From positions 1 to 56,902 of IMG/VR virus record IMGVR_UViG_3300042350_003263: DNA of 56,902 nucleotides, one strand, 5' to 3'. This DNA comes from a virus. Taxonomy: Duplodnaviria > Caudoviricetes. Shown piece after piece: positions 12,395-21,881 of the stretch; the first letter of the stretch is position 1, and each line of letters opens with the position of its first letter. Under the pieces are notes generated by a model, which was not told the DNA's origin, did not search any database, and worked only from the letters and a program-made list of their open reading frames with translations. Both the position numbers and the translations under genes were made by a program.

Positions 12395-12994
12395 ATGGCT
12401 AATTTTGATTTAGAAAGAGTTCTCGGAAGATTCGCCCATTATTCTTACGTCTCTGGAAAAACCTCCTTATCTGAAAGTCTAAGATCAAATCAACTGAAAA
12501 GTAAGAAATGGCTAGTGTACGAGATTACCAAGTTTAAGACCAAGTTTAAAAAGGTTGCTGTTCTTGGTAGTTGGAATTCGGTTCTATTATACGAACTCAT
12601 GAGTGATAAAGCGAAAGTAGATTCTTGGGACTTCTTTGATCTAGATCAAACTGCTCATGATAGTCGTGATCAGTATTTTATTCATAATCAAATGAAAATG
12701 AACTATAACAGTTTTACCCTTGACGTAACTCAACTGTTTGATAAACCAGAGATAGCACAATCTTATGACTTGATTATTAATCCTTCATGTGAACACATGA
12801 CAGATCTTACTGCCATTGAAGGGCCTATGTACGCCTTAACATCAAATAATTATGTGACCGTAAAAGATCATATTAATACAATTGGTCACCACGAGGATCT
12901 GGCTGTTAAGAATGGAATAAGAAATGTTTTCTACCAAGGCACACTGAAACTACCGAACTATGAAAGATATTGTGTAATAGGATATGCGAAATGA
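12395..12994 (+). CDS. Class I SAM-dependent methyltransferase-like protein
   Basis: QLKSKKWL, VAVLGSW, FDLD, LIINPSCEHM motifs typical of T4-like phage MTase-like ORFs. Confidence 0.65.
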   Translation: MANFDLERVLGRFAHYSYVSGKTSLSESLRSNQLKSKKWLVYEITKFKTKFKKVAVLGSWNSVLLYELMSDKAKVDSWDFFDLDQTAHDSRDQYFIHNQMKMNYNSFTLDVTQLFDKPEIAQSYDLIINPSCEHMTDLTAIEGPMYALTSNNYVTVKDHINTIGHHEDLAVKNGIRNVFYQGTLKLPNYERYCVIGYAK

Positions 12995-13218
12995 GTGATC
13001 TTTTCGACTTTGGATTTACTGCTGTAAACGAAGATGAATTATCTGCAGTAACAGTTGATGAGCTTCAATCTAGACTTGATAAGTTATATAAAGCCATGAT
13101 TCCTCTACTCAATAATCTAAAAAAGAATCCAGATAAAGACTATATATTATGGCCTGATCGATTAAAGAAGGTCGAAGAATTCGAATCCCATCTCCGTAAG
13201 ATATACGAGGGCAATTAA
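12991..13218 (+). CDS. Conserved T4-like hypothetical protein (FDFGFTAV.EDEL)
   Basis: PLLNNLKKNP.KDYI.WP.R motif; ATGA overlap. Confidence 0.75.
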   Translation: MSDLFDFGFTAVNEDELSAVTVDELQSRLDKLYKAMIPLLNNLKKNPDKDYILWPDRLKKVEEFESHLRKIYEGN

Positions 13219-13424
13219 TGTTAACTGCAATGATTCTAGCTTGTACCTTAGATATGAATGGGGAGGAGATGTGCATTGTCTTCTCATCGGGGTATGTATC
13301 GTATTCCATAGAAGAGTGTGCAGAAGACCTAAGTATAGGTTATGGATTTGTGAAGGAAAAAGGATGGGAGATACGAGCCTATGAGTGTTATGATTGGACA
13401 AAAAGAAAAGGTTCATCATTTTGA
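13218..13424 (+). CDS. Hypothetical protein
   Basis: TAATG coupling. Confidence 0.6.
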   Translation: MLTAMILACTLDMNGEEMCIVFSSGYVSYSIEECAEDLSIGYGFVKEKGWEIRAYECYDWTKRKGSSF

Positions 13425-13427
13425 TTC

Positions 13428-13462
13428 AGGCGGTTTACAACCGCCTTTTTTTATGGTAAAGT
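13428..13462 (+). terminator. Rho-independent terminator containing the -35 of an early-type promoter
   Basis: AGGCGGTT-TAC-AACCGCCT plus a T run; GGTTTACA then N17 then TAAAGT. Confidence 0.7.
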
Positions 13463-13487
13463 AAACGGGTAAGGAAAGGAATGTAAG

Positions 13488-13961
13488 ATGTTTACCCAGA
13501 AACAAATCGAAGATATCGTAGATCTGCTTGTTACTCTCAACAGTAACACAAGAATCTATCTTGGTTGTGACTCTGTTAGATACATGAAGGGTTCGGACGC
13601 GTACGCGCGATTCGCAACAGTTCTTATCATTCACAAGAATGGTAACTCTGGTTGCCGTATCTTCTCGAACGTTTCACACGAACGCGATTACGATCTGAAA
13701 AAGAATCGTCCTCGTATGCGTATGATGAACGAAGTACAGAAGGTCTGTGAACTCTATAATCAGATTGCGCCCTTTATCGACGAGTTTGAAGTGGAAATCC
13801 ACTTGGACGTAAACACCGATCCGAAGCACGGTTCGAACTGCGCTGCTACTGAAGCTGCCGGTTATGTTCTTGGTATGACTGGCATCGAACCAAAGCTCAA
13901 GCCCCACGGCTTTGCTGCTAGTTACGGTGCCGATGGTGTAGCACACGGGAGAGGCACATGA
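13488..13961 (+). CDS. RNase H-like YkuK/DUF458-family protein
   Basis: IYLGCDS, EIHLDVN, KP.GFAASYGAD motifs. Confidence 0.8.
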   Translation: MFTQKQIEDIVDLLVTLNSNTRIYLGCDSVRYMKGSDAYARFATVLIIHKNGNSGCRIFSNVSHERDYDLKKNRPRMRMMNEVQKVCELYNQIAPFIDEFEVEIHLDVNTDPKHGSNCAATEAAGYVLGMTGIEPKLKPHGFAASYGADGVAHGRGT

Positions 13962-14176
13962 ATCTATCAAAGCTAAAAGAATGGTTTAAGAGAACCTTTG
14001 AGGATTACTATGTCGTAGAAATCTATGAAGAAGGTAAGACTAAACCCAGAACCTTTCATATGAAGTATATCAAACGTATCGATAATAATTCCCTTCGAGG
14101 TAAACTTCTCGAAGGGAATGAAATCAACTTCTGTACTGACAAGCCCTTTACCTATTACGTGAAAAAGATCTATTGA
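13958..14176 (+). CDS. Hypothetical protein
   Basis: ATGA overlap, SD. Confidence 0.65.
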   Translation: MNLSKLKEWFKRTFEDYYVVEIYEEGKTKPRTFHMKYIKRIDNNSLRGKLLEGNEINFCTDKPFTYYVKKIY

Positions 14177-14183
14177 GGTTATT

Positions 14184-14399
14184 ATGACATATGTGACAGT
14201 AGATATTTCTCTCGATTGCATTGACGACGACGATCTAATCGATGAGATTGAACACAGGGGATATCATGTGGTCGAGGACGATGAATATACTCCTGGTGAC
14301 CTGATTCCGGAAGAGGTTGACTTTATCTTAGCAACGTTTTCAACCTATGCACCTGGTACGATGGGTTACCACATTTATGAGAAATTGAGGAAAAGATGA
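14184..14399 (+). CDS. Hypothetical protein
   Basis: GAGG SD; DDDLIDEIE.RG motif. Confidence 0.65.
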   Translation: MTYVTVDISLDCIDDDDLIDEIEHRGYHVVEDDEYTPGDLIPEEVDFILATFSTYAPGTMGYHIYEKLRKR

Positions 14400-15046
14400 C
14401 ACTGACGAGACTAATTGGCGATATCCACGGCCAGATCAGTGAATATCTGGTGTATGGTATCGATAAGTTCGAAGGTCCTACGATCCAGATCGGTGACTTT
14501 GGTATCGGCTTCGGCCAGTCAGATTACTGGCACGAGCGTATTAATAAACTCCATACTGATGAACCGCACCGCTTTATCCGCGGTAACCACGATAATCCTG
14601 CTAAGTGCAAAGAGATGGTTGGTTGGATCAAGGACGGCACCGTAGAGAACGATGTAATGTTCATCGGTGGTGCGTGGAGCATTGATAACCCCGATGCTCC
14701 TCCTGGCTGGTATAAGCGTACGAAAGATGTTGACTGGTGGGACGATGAAGAGTGCTCGGATGAGCAGTTTGCACAGATGCTTGACATCTATAAGATGACC
14801 AAGCCTAGTATCATGATTACTCATGACTGCCCTCATGAGATTGCCACTCAGATGTTCTGGGATACTGGTTTCCTGAAAGGCCCTCGTTACAACACTCGTA
14901 CTGGTGACTTTCTGCAAACTTTGTACGAGATTCATCAGCCAGAGTACTGGTTCTTTGGGCATTGGCACAAGACTATGCAGCATCGCAGTGGTCGTACATT
15001 GTTCCACTGCCTTGGCATTTATGATTATGTGGATGTTGAATTGTAA
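14396..15046 (+). CDS. Calcineurin-like metallophosphoesterase
   Basis: GDIHG, GDFG, GNHD, THDCP, FGHWH motifs. Confidence 0.88.
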   Translation: MTLTRLIGDIHGQISEYLVYGIDKFEGPTIQIGDFGIGFGQSDYWHERINKLHTDEPHRFIRGNHDNPAKCKEMVGWIKDGTVENDVMFIGGAWSIDNPDAPPGWYKRTKDVDWWDDEECSDEQFAQMLDIYKMTKPSIMITHDCPHEIATQMFWDTGFLKGPRYNTRTGDFLQTLYEIHQPEYWFFGHWHKTMQHRSGRTLFHCLGIYDYVDVEL

Positions 15047-15056
15047 AAAAATGAAA

Positions 15057-15092
15057 ATAGGGGTTTACATTCGGGGTGTTTTGTTGTATAAA
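15057..15092 (+). promoter_or_regulatory. Phage early promoter
   Basis: TTTACA 15064-15069, N17, TATAAA 15087-15092. Confidence 0.7.
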
Positions 15093-15118
15093 GAGTATAA
15101 CAACGAGAGGAACCTATC

Positions 15119-15313
15119 ATGCCTACTAATCATGAAGGCACTTGGCAAGACAAAGAAGACTTCGAAGCCTACAGACCTGGCGAATCCGTCAGCTTTGATA
15201 GATCTTATCCTGATGGGGGATTGCGCGTTGCTATCGACGGATATACGATAGAGACTTTTCACATGAGTGCTGAGCAGTTTGCGGCATTCAAACAGTGGAT
15301 CATGGAGAGCTGA
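15119..15313 (+). CDS. Hypothetical protein
   Basis: GAGGA SD after the promoter. Confidence 0.65.
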   Translation: MPTNHEGTWQDKEDFEAYRPGESVSFDRSYPDGGLRVAIDGYTIETFHMSAEQFAAFKQWIMES

Positions 15314-15314
15314 G

Positions 15315-15563
15315 ATGAAACTGGAAACTCGCTACTACATTGCTAAACGGACTGAGGACGGCCTGCTCAAGATCGCCCATGAAGAGATTGGGCCTTACTA
15401 CGACACTGACGTGCTAATCAGTGCAAAAGGCTACGATACTCGGGAAGCAGCTTTGGCAGCTGTGGAAGGATATATCAAGGCGTATAACGGTCGCTATGGT
15501 TGGTTTCCAAGCTATACCTTCGTTGTCTTGGAAGAATTAACAGCTTTTGAGGATGGAGAATGA
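15315..15563 (+). CDS. Hypothetical protein
   Basis: GGAG SD; trimmed from ORF 15267. Confidence 0.65.
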   Translation: MKLETRYYIAKRTEDGLLKIAHEEIGPYYDTDVLISAKGYDTREAALAAVEGYIKAYNGRYGWFPSYTFVVLEELTAFEDGE

Positions 15564-15805
15564 TGTATAGTATTATTGGACATACTCCTGTCACTGTAGA
15601 ACAGGTCAAGCAATGGCGTAAGCAAGGAACGGATCAAGAAGTTCCTATGATGGTCGCAAGACATAACGCACAGGTATCAAATCTGCTTGGCGAACTGAAC
15701 GATATCCGTTATACTCGTGTGGTTGATGTTGATGATGTGAACAATAAGATTGATAAACTAATCGAAATACTCATTCGTGGAGTTAATTTTAAGGATGCAT
15801 ACTAA
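15560..15805 (+). CDS. Hypothetical protein
   Basis: ATGA overlap. Confidence 0.65.
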   Translation: MMYSIIGHTPVTVEQVKQWRKQGTDQEVPMMVARHNAQVSNLLGELNDIRYTRVVDVDDVNNKIDKLIEILIRGVNFKDAY

Positions 15806-15963
15806 TGGAAATTTTTAATATCGTACTACTTGTTATCCCATATATCTTTATAATGTTTCATGTTATTTCTGCAATACGAGCAAAGGCTGAGATTACTGAG
15901 ATTAAACATACTCTCTATGTTATTATGTGGCTCGTAGTTTCTATCGGAGATAGGTTAGTATAA
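15805..15963 (+). CDS. Small two-TM membrane protein, 52 aa
   Basis: TAATG coupling; hydrophobic translation MEIFNIVLLVIPYIF... Confidence 0.55.
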   Translation: MEIFNIVLLVIPYIFIMFHVISAIRAKAEITEIKHTLYVIMWLVVSIGDRLV

Positions 15964-16127
15964 TGATCCGTCTAATTCAACTACTCTTTTTTGGTCATAT
16001 CCATAAATGGAAGATCATCGATAAACGTAGAGTTAATTATACAGGCGATTTTTCAAGTGGTTCGTGCGATCGCTACATTCTTCAATGTGAACACTGTGGA
16101 AATATTAAAGTAAAGGATACTAAGTGA
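15963..16127 (+). CDS. Small Zn-ribbon-like protein, 54 aa
   Basis: TAATG coupling; HIHKW...CEHCG. Confidence 0.6.
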   Translation: MIRLIQLLFFGHIHKWKIIDKRRVNYTGDFSSGSCDRYILQCEHCGNIKVKDTK

Positions 16128-16408
16128 TGATCGATACACGTACTTTTGAACAATACGCGTTTGAGCTCGAACAAGCTGCTCGGGACTATACAAAGGCTGC
16201 GAACGAGATTAAACGAATCAAAGAAGCTGCAATCGAGCGTATCAAGGTCGTTGGTACAGACGGTCTTGAGACGAAAGAAATCCTTGATAAAATGATTGAA
16301 GAAGTGACTGATCGTGAGGACACGATGAGGTTTGCTCAAACAGTGTTTCGTAAGACTAAAGATGAGATGATTGCTATGATTAGCAAGATTGAGTTGCCGA
16401 GGGGGTAA
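16127..16408 (+). CDS. Hypothetical coiled-coil protein
   Basis: Coupled ORF. Confidence 0.65.
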   Translation: MIDTRTFEQYAFELEQAARDYTKAANEIKRIKEAAIERIKVVGTDGLETKEILDKMIEEVTDREDTMRFAQTVFRKTKDEMIAMISKIELPRG

Positions 16409-16410
16409 TT

Positions 16411-16581
16411 ATGAGAGACCTAATTGATCAGATACCGGTGATTTTGCTTGCCGTTGTTGCAATCTTCTTTATGTGGGGTCTAGGTTATATTGTTATTAAT
16501 GATATGGCTGAATCTCGAGAATTTAAACAGCAATGTATCGAAAGTGGTATGCAATATATTAGTGGGAACTGTGTGAAATGA
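16411..16581 (+). CDS. Small membrane protein, 56 aa
   Basis: GAGG SD; one TM helix and two Cys. Confidence 0.55.
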   Translation: MRDLIDQIPVILLAVVAIFFMWGLGYIVINDMAESREFKQQCIESGMQYISGNCVK

Positions 16582-17006
16582 AACCGTTTAAAGTGAATCG
16601 TGACTCTTGGCACTATAAGCTGAATCAACACTTCTTTAATGAACGTGGTAATAACGAATGGTATATGCGAGACACTTGGGAGCAAAAGCACAATAACTTC
16701 TGTGCATACTGGCGAGTGACTATGTTTCGTTTGGTAGTTGCAACGTCGATGTCGGCCGGTATTCTATCGTTTCTTTTCGTTATTGGTGTAGTTGCCTATC
16801 AGCATCCTTGGGATACTTTTGTGACTGTAGGTATCGCAGTTGGTGCAATTTTGGCATTTGGTACGATCGGCGCATGTGGAATGTTTCTTAGCGAGTATTT
16901 TGAAAAGCGTAAGTACCAAAACAAAGAAGTTCCAGACTCTCTGTTCGTTGCAAAGTATAAGTCGTACAAGTCAAAGGTCTGTCCGATGGTGGAGTACGAT
17001 AAGTGA
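16578..17006 (+). CDS. Membrane protein
   Basis: Two TM segments; SWHYKL, FCAYWR, KSKVCP motifs. Confidence 0.7.
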   Translation: MKPFKVNRDSWHYKLNQHFFNERGNNEWYMRDTWEQKHNNFCAYWRVTMFRLVVATSMSAGILSFLFVIGVVAYQHPWDTFVTVGIAVGAILAFGTIGACGMFLSEYFEKRKYQNKEVPDSLFVAKYKSYKSKVCPMVEYDK

Positions 17007-17332
17007 ATAAAGAAGACCGCAATAAGGCAATCGAGAAGATTCAGTCTGATGTTGAAGATATCAAGCGTGATGTTGCTTGGATCATTCAGCATCTCCTTAA
17101 GAAAGATGAACCCAATCCAATTCCTCCTCATGTTCCATATCCTCCCAATGACATTGATCCTTACTTTGGTGTAACGAGATGTCAAAAGTGTGGAATGGAG
17201 TTTAGAGGAGTAATGGGATATGTCTGTGCTGATATTCACTGTCCTACGTTTATGAGACCGTATTACGGCACGAAAATTGTCACCACAGGGTACACTCCCT
17301 GGCAATCATATAATGAGGAATCTAAAGAATGA
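17003..17332 (+). CDS. Hypothetical Zn-finger-like protein
   Basis: CQKCG...MGYVC...CP; GTGA overlap. Confidence 0.65.
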   Translation: MNKEDRNKAIEKIQSDVEDIKRDVAWIIQHLLKKDEPNPIPPHVPYPPNDIDPYFGVTRCQKCGMEFRGVMGYVCADIHCPTFMRPYYGTKIVTTGYTPWQSYNEESKE

Positions 17333-17820
17333 GCAATATGTTGAAATGGGCGGAAGCCGAACTTAAACTGGCTGGATACGATATCAATGATCCAGAAGAT
17401 GGACCGAACCGTTGGCTTGCAGAAGGAACACTCGAGCTTCTGAAAGTGTTCTCAGAACAAGGTCACAGCGGTATGTCAGCACCGTATGCAGTAGCTCTGT
17501 TTGAGAAGCTTGCATCGTGGAAACCTATTGCTCCTTTGACTGGCGAATCTGACGAGTGGACGGAAGTCAGCGCAGACATGTGGCAGAACAAACGCTCTAG
17601 CAATGTGTTCAAAGGTGAAGACGGTCGACCATACTGGATGGATGGTCGAGTGTTCTGGGAATGGTATTCGTCGCCTGATATTGACGAAGGTAAACCATAT
17701 AAGAGCTACTATACGGGTCGTGAAAGCCGAGTGTTTATCGAGTTTCCGTGGACACAGCCAGAAAAGCCTGAGTATGTGTTTGTGCCAACTGATGAATTTC
17801 CAAACGAGGTGATTGAATGA
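17329..17820 (+). CDS. Conserved phage hypothetical protein
   Basis: FSEQGHSGMSA, PLTGESDEW, QNKR motifs. Confidence 0.75.
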   Translation: MSNMLKWAEAELKLAGYDINDPEDGPNRWLAEGTLELLKVFSEQGHSGMSAPYAVALFEKLASWKPIAPLTGESDEWTEVSADMWQNKRSSNVFKGEDGRPYWMDGRVFWEWYSSPDIDEGKPYKSYYTGRESRVFIEFPWTQPEKPEYVFVPTDEFPNEVIE

Positions 17821-18476
17821 AAGTATACATAGGACCTTACCGCTACCGTTGGATTTCTAATATCCACGATCGCTGGATGAATAGAAAGTACGCCGAGACT
17901 TGGTGGGATATGGATGATGACAAGTTCTCTCGTATGGACAGGATTGTTCACAAACTTGAGCGTGGGCTTCAAACCATCTACAACAAAACCATTAATAAGT
18001 ATCTTGACAAAGCTCAGCGCAAAGTTAAGATACACGTTGACGGATATGATGTTTGGGGTGCTGATCATACGATTGCAATGCTTGTTCATCCTTTGCTATT
18101 GAAGCTGAAAGAGAACAAGCATGGTGCTCCTTACGTAGATGATGAGGATGTTCCTGAGCATCTTCGTAGCACTGCTGCACCACCAAAAAAGGATGAGTGG
18201 GATATTGATGATAACCACTCTAAGCGTTGGGACTGGGTTCTCGACGAGATGATCTGGGCCTTTGAACAATGTGCAAAGGAAGATACTGGTGACGATCAAT
18301 TCTATTCTGGTGAAGTGGATTGGACGTTTGTAAAAGAAGACGACAAATACTCTAGAATGGAATATGGCCCGAACCATACGTTCAAGATTGACGAAGAAGG
18401 TAAGAAGGCTCATTACGAACGTATCAAGAATGGACACAGACTATTTGGAAAATATTACTTCTCTTTGTGGGACTAG
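17817..18476 (+). CDS. Conserved phage hypothetical protein
   Basis: MKVYIGPY, YDVWGADHT, RWDWVLDEMIWAF, LFGKYYFSLWD. Confidence 0.8.
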   Translation: MKVYIGPYRYRWISNIHDRWMNRKYAETWWDMDDDKFSRMDRIVHKLERGLQTIYNKTINKYLDKAQRKVKIHVDGYDVWGADHTIAMLVHPLLLKLKENKHGAPYVDDEDVPEHLRSTAAPPKKDEWDIDDNHSKRWDWVLDEMIWAFEQCAKEDTGDDQFYSGEVDWTFVKEDDKYSRMEYGPNHTFKIDEEGKKAHYERIKNGHRLFGKYYFSLWD

Positions 18477-18508
18477 GGGTTTACAAACCATTTCGAATCC
18501 CTTATATT
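18475..18508 (+). promoter_or_regulatory. Phage early promoter
   Basis: TTTACA 18480-18485, TATATT 18503-18508. Confidence 0.8.
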
Positions 18509-18534
18509 GATAATGTAATAGGAGGAATAAAATA

Positions 18535-18750
18535 ATGAATCTACGACCAATAATGCTGAATGCTGTTCGGCGGCATGCGTCAGCACACATTGAGAAACAT
18601 CGAATTAATATTGAGGTATACTTGGCCAATCCTGTTGGGATTGGCGAACATTCTGATATCATGGATGCTATTGAAAAAGAACTAGAAGAAATGGCAAAGT
18701 ATCACGACCATCTCGAGATTCTTGACAAATATTTTTCAGGGGATGAATAA
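18535..18750 (+). CDS. Conserved T4-like small protein (NPVGIGEHSDI)
   Basis: AGGAGG SD; motif common in marine T4-like phages. Confidence 0.8.
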   Translation: MNLRPIMLNAVRRHASAHIEKHRINIEVYLANPVGIGEHSDIMDAIEKELEEMAKYHDHLEILDKYFSGDE

Positions 18751-19881
18751 ATGGATTTCTATATCGTTACATCAAGTGAGAAGCTCTACAAGCTGGACAC
18801 GAAAGGTAAAGTACGTGTCTGGCGTGGAGAGACTGGCACTGACGGTGACCGTTGGGCTTGGAGGTCAATTGCTGGTTTACAAGATGGCAAACACGTAACA
18901 TCTGAGTGGCTAGTTGTAGAACAAAAGAACGTAGGTCGTGCAAACGAAACTTCTCTTAAACACCAGGCACTCTTTGAGATGATGGCAGAGTTTAAGAAGA
19001 AAGAAGATACCGGCTATTTCTCTAACATCGATATGATCCATACATTCGATAAGTTTAAGCCGATGTTGGCAGAGAAGTACGATGAAGTTCCTATTAACTG
19101 GTCAAAGGGATATATCTACAGTCAGCCGAAGCTTGATGGCATTCGTTGTATTGCTCGTAAGGATGGTCTGTGGACACGGTCTGGTAAAGAGATTGTAGCT
19201 GTCCCACATATCTGGGAATCGCTGAAGTCATTCTTTGCTGATTATCCTGATATGATTCTTGATGGCGAACTCTATAACCACGAACTGAAAGACGACTTCA
19301 ATACGATCGTATCGCTTGTTCGTAAGACTAAGCCGAAGGATGAAGATCTAGTTAAATCAAAAGAACTGGTCCAGTACCATGTCTATGACGTATACCACTT
19401 GGATAACATTAATATGCCTTTCCGTCAGCGTGAAGCATTGCGTTGGAAAGCCCACACGAACTATATCCATATCGTTCCTACGATGCAGGTTACAGACCCT
19501 AAGTCGATCGATAGTTTGTATGAAGGTTATCTGGAACATGGCTATGAAGGACAGATGATTCGCACGGACTCCGCGTACGCGAACAAGCGCACGAAGGATC
19601 TTTTGAAACGAAAAGAATTCCTTACTGATGAATTCGAGGTTGTCGAGTTGCTCGAAGGTCTTGGTAACTGGCAAGGGTGTGTCAAACATCTTGTTCTTAA
19701 ACTGAATGATACTACTACGTTCCAAGCTGGTATTCGTGGTGATCTACAGACTCTTGGTGATATGTGGAAGAACCAGGATAAGCCTGATTGGGTTACACTG
19801 CGTTACTTTACTCCTACCCCCGATGGCATTCCTCGTTTCCCTGTCGTAATTGATTGGGGAAAAGGAAAAAGATTGGATTAA
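18751..19881 (+). CDS. gp30: ATP-dependent DNA ligase
   Basis: PMLA, QPKLDGIR (KxDG), LDGELY, YEGQMIR, LLKRK, PRFP motifs. Confidence 0.92.
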   Translation: MDFYIVTSSEKLYKLDTKGKVRVWRGETGTDGDRWAWRSIAGLQDGKHVTSEWLVVEQKNVGRANETSLKHQALFEMMAEFKKKEDTGYFSNIDMIHTFDKFKPMLAEKYDEVPINWSKGYIYSQPKLDGIRCIARKDGLWTRSGKEIVAVPHIWESLKSFFADYPDMILDGELYNHELKDDFNTIVSLVRKTKPKDEDLVKSKELVQYHVYDVYHLDNINMPFRQREALRWKAHTNYIHIVPTMQVTDPKSIDSLYEGYLEHGYEGQMIRTDSAYANKRTKDLLKRKEFLTDEFEVVELLEGLGNWQGCVKHLVLKLNDTTTFQAGIRGDLQTLGDMWKNQDKPDWVTLRYFTPTPDGIPRFPVVIDWGKGKRLD

Positions 19882-19888
19882 TTTGAAA

Positions 19889-19924
19889 TAGGGGGTTTAC
19901 ATTTCGTTTTAGATAGATTATATC
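19889..19924 (+). promoter_or_regulatory. Phage early promoter
   Basis: TTTACA 19896-19901, TATATC 19919-19924. Confidence 0.75.
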
Positions 19925-19952
19925 TACATTATAGGGAACGAAAGGAAACCCA

Positions 19953-20303
19953 ATGATTACCATCTACCAGATCCAACTGACCGACGATCAGATCCTCGCG
20001 ATCAATGCAGGTCGTAACGTGGAAGCTTTCACCGTTCGTAATCGGATGGGTCTGGGGTTTGATAACTCTAAGTTCTCCGAAGATTACCTGAAGCACTACG
20101 TCAAAGGTTGGGAAATCGATACCACCGACCTGGACGAAGCGTTCGAAGTTTCGAATGGGATTGGTGATCGCTATAAGGGTAATCGCATCGGTCGTGCACA
20201 TTCTGGTTCGGTTGGCGATATCTTCGTCGATGATAACGGTGATTGCTTCATCTGCGACACCTTTGGATTTGTAGCTGTTGGCTACTACAAAATGGAGGCT
20301 TGA
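19953..20303 (+). CDS. Hypothetical early protein (YodL-like SVGDI motif)
   Basis: AAGGA SD; IYQI...LDEAFE...HSGSVGDI. Confidence 0.7.
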   Translation: MITIYQIQLTDDQILAINAGRNVEAFTVRNRMGLGFDNSKFSEDYLKHYVKGWEIDTTDLDEAFEVSNGIGDRYKGNRIGRAHSGSVGDIFVDDNGDCFICDTFGFVAVGYYKMEA

Positions 20304-20305
20304 TC

Positions 20306-20470
20306 GTGTACAAGATCTATGCACACTACGAAGAATTTGATCGTAAGACAGGTAATCGCTACGAATCTTACGATCTTTTCAAAGCAGATACCAAAGACGA
20401 GGCTGAAAAACTAGTTGAAGGTCTTGACAAAACGTACTATGAATACATTGAAATCGTAAAGGCTCTCTAA
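20306..20470 (+). CDS. Hypothetical protein
   Basis: GGAGG SD then GTG (or TTG at 20300). Confidence 0.55.
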   Translation: MYKIYAHYEEFDRKTGNRYESYDLFKADTKDEAEKLVEGLDKTYYEYIEIVKAL

Positions 20471-20914
20471 ATGCTGATCGTATTTGATATCGATGGAACG
20501 CTCGCTAACATCGAACACAGGCTGCATCACGTTCGTAGCAAGCCTAAGAACTGGCCAGCATTTGATGCTGGCATTCCGAATGATAAGGTAAATGAGCCTG
20601 TCGCAGAAGCATTCCGCTCGCTGTCTGCATTTAACACTATCATTCTTGCGAGTGGGCGGAATGAGCGTAGTCGCTCTGCTACTGAAAAGTGGCTACAGAG
20701 CAATGGGTTTTATGAATACGAAAAACTCTACATGCGGAAGGCAGACGACTTCCGCGGCGACGATGTTGTAAAGCAGGAAATCTTGGATCAAATCGTTGCT
20801 GACTATGGTAAGAAGCCAGACATGGTGTTTGACGATAGACCCCGTGTGGTTCGCATGTGGCGTGATAACGGTATCTTTGTGTTTAACGTCTATCAAGGCG
20901 AGGAGGACTTCTAA
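20471..20914 (+). CDS. Stand-alone HAD 3'-phosphatase (PseT/PNKP C-terminal-like)
   Basis: FDIDGTL, SGR, MRKADDFRGDDVVK, FDDRPRVV.MWR. Confidence 0.85.
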   Translation: MLIVFDIDGTLANIEHRLHHVRSKPKNWPAFDAGIPNDKVNEPVAEAFRSLSAFNTIILASGRNERSRSATEKWLQSNGFYEYEKLYMRKADDFRGDDVVKQEILDQIVADYGKKPDMVFDDRPRVVRMWRDNGIFVFNVYQGEEDF

Positions 20915-21072
20915 TGAATGAACATTTCGCTAAACTTGTATTCTTTCTTCTTGAGCTTGAAAGGGAAAAACCATATACAATGTATGCAACATGGCGAGTT
21001 AATGAAGTAGTTGATAGCCTTGCTGCTATTATGAATGTAGAACCATATCAACTGAGGGACCTGGTAAAATGA
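20914..21072 (+). CDS. Hypothetical protein, 52 aa
   Basis: TAATG coupling, GGAGG SD. Confidence 0.55.
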   Translation: MNEHFAKLVFFLLELEREKPYTMYATWRVNEVVDSLAAIMNVEPYQLRDLVK

Positions 21073-21236
21073 TTAACACATCAGGCGCATATATTCTTGT
21101 TCTGATCTACACTTGGAACGCCTCTGCTATGATAACGATAGAATTCCCTAATTATGATTCTTGCAAAGCTGCTATTACGCAACTTGAACCGGTGCACACC
21201 TTGCAAGGATATTGTATTGCAAAGGAAGTAAAATGA
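21069..21236 (+). CDS. Small membrane or exported protein, 55 aa
   Basis: ATGA overlaps at both ends; hydrophobic N-terminus and two Cys. Confidence 0.55.
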   Translation: MINTSGAYILVLIYTWNASAMITIEFPNYDSCKAAITQLEPVHTLQGYCIAKEVK

Positions 21237-21553
21237 GTGACGAAGAATTGATTAAGAAGCTGCGACAGCACAGATACAATACATGGAATGATGATTTAGG
21301 CCCAGAACGAGACAAAGCACTTGCCGCCGACCGTATTGAATATCTCTCGAAGAAGCTAAAACTTCTCGAGAAGACCGACCTGTATATGAAGACGATGTAT
21401 CCTGAACATACAGGATTCTACTTCATCTGTGGTGAAGGTGGAACAAAGGATGACAATGGTCTTCCTGAACGTCTGCACGTCTGTCCTGCATATGGAGCAG
21501 ACTGGATAATGGTATATACACGAACCGATAAAACCTCTGGACCGGAGTATTGA
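21233..21553 (+). CDS. Hypothetical protein
   Basis: ATGA overlap; AADRIE and FICGEGG.KD.NGLPE motifs. Confidence 0.7.
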   Translation: MSDEELIKKLRQHRYNTWNDDLGPERDKALAADRIEYLSKKLKLLEKTDLYMKTMYPEHTGFYFICGEGGTKDDNGLPERLHVCPAYGADWIMVYTRTDKTSGPEY

Positions 21554-21554
21554 G

Positions 21555-21881
21555 ATGACCAAATATGCAATCGTAACTGCTATCTCGTCTTACCGTATGC
21601 GTTACTGCATTCCAGTAGATGAACTGCAACAACTGAACACCGAGGTTCCTATCGAAGGTCACGAGATTGAGTGGGCTGAAGACTGTGTTACCTGTGGCGA
21701 AGTAGAGGAATTCTCTCAGAAGCACATTGGTGAACAGATCATCGATGCAGTTGTTATCGATGAAGATGCTATGCTTGGACAGTTTGATAAAGATAATGAC
21801 TATCTTGTCGAATGGACCAAAGAGAAAAAGATCCAGCACGTACGCAACTGGAAGTTTGATAAAACAGGATACAGCCTATAA
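21555..21881 (+). CDS. Hypothetical protein
   Basis: GGAG SD; EEFSQKHIGEQI motif. Confidence 0.72.
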   Translation: MTKYAIVTAISSYRMRYCIPVDELQQLNTEVPIEGHEIEWAEDCVTCGEVEEFSQKHIGEQIIDAVVIDEDAMLGQFDKDNDYLVEWTKEKKIQHVRNWKFDKTGYSL

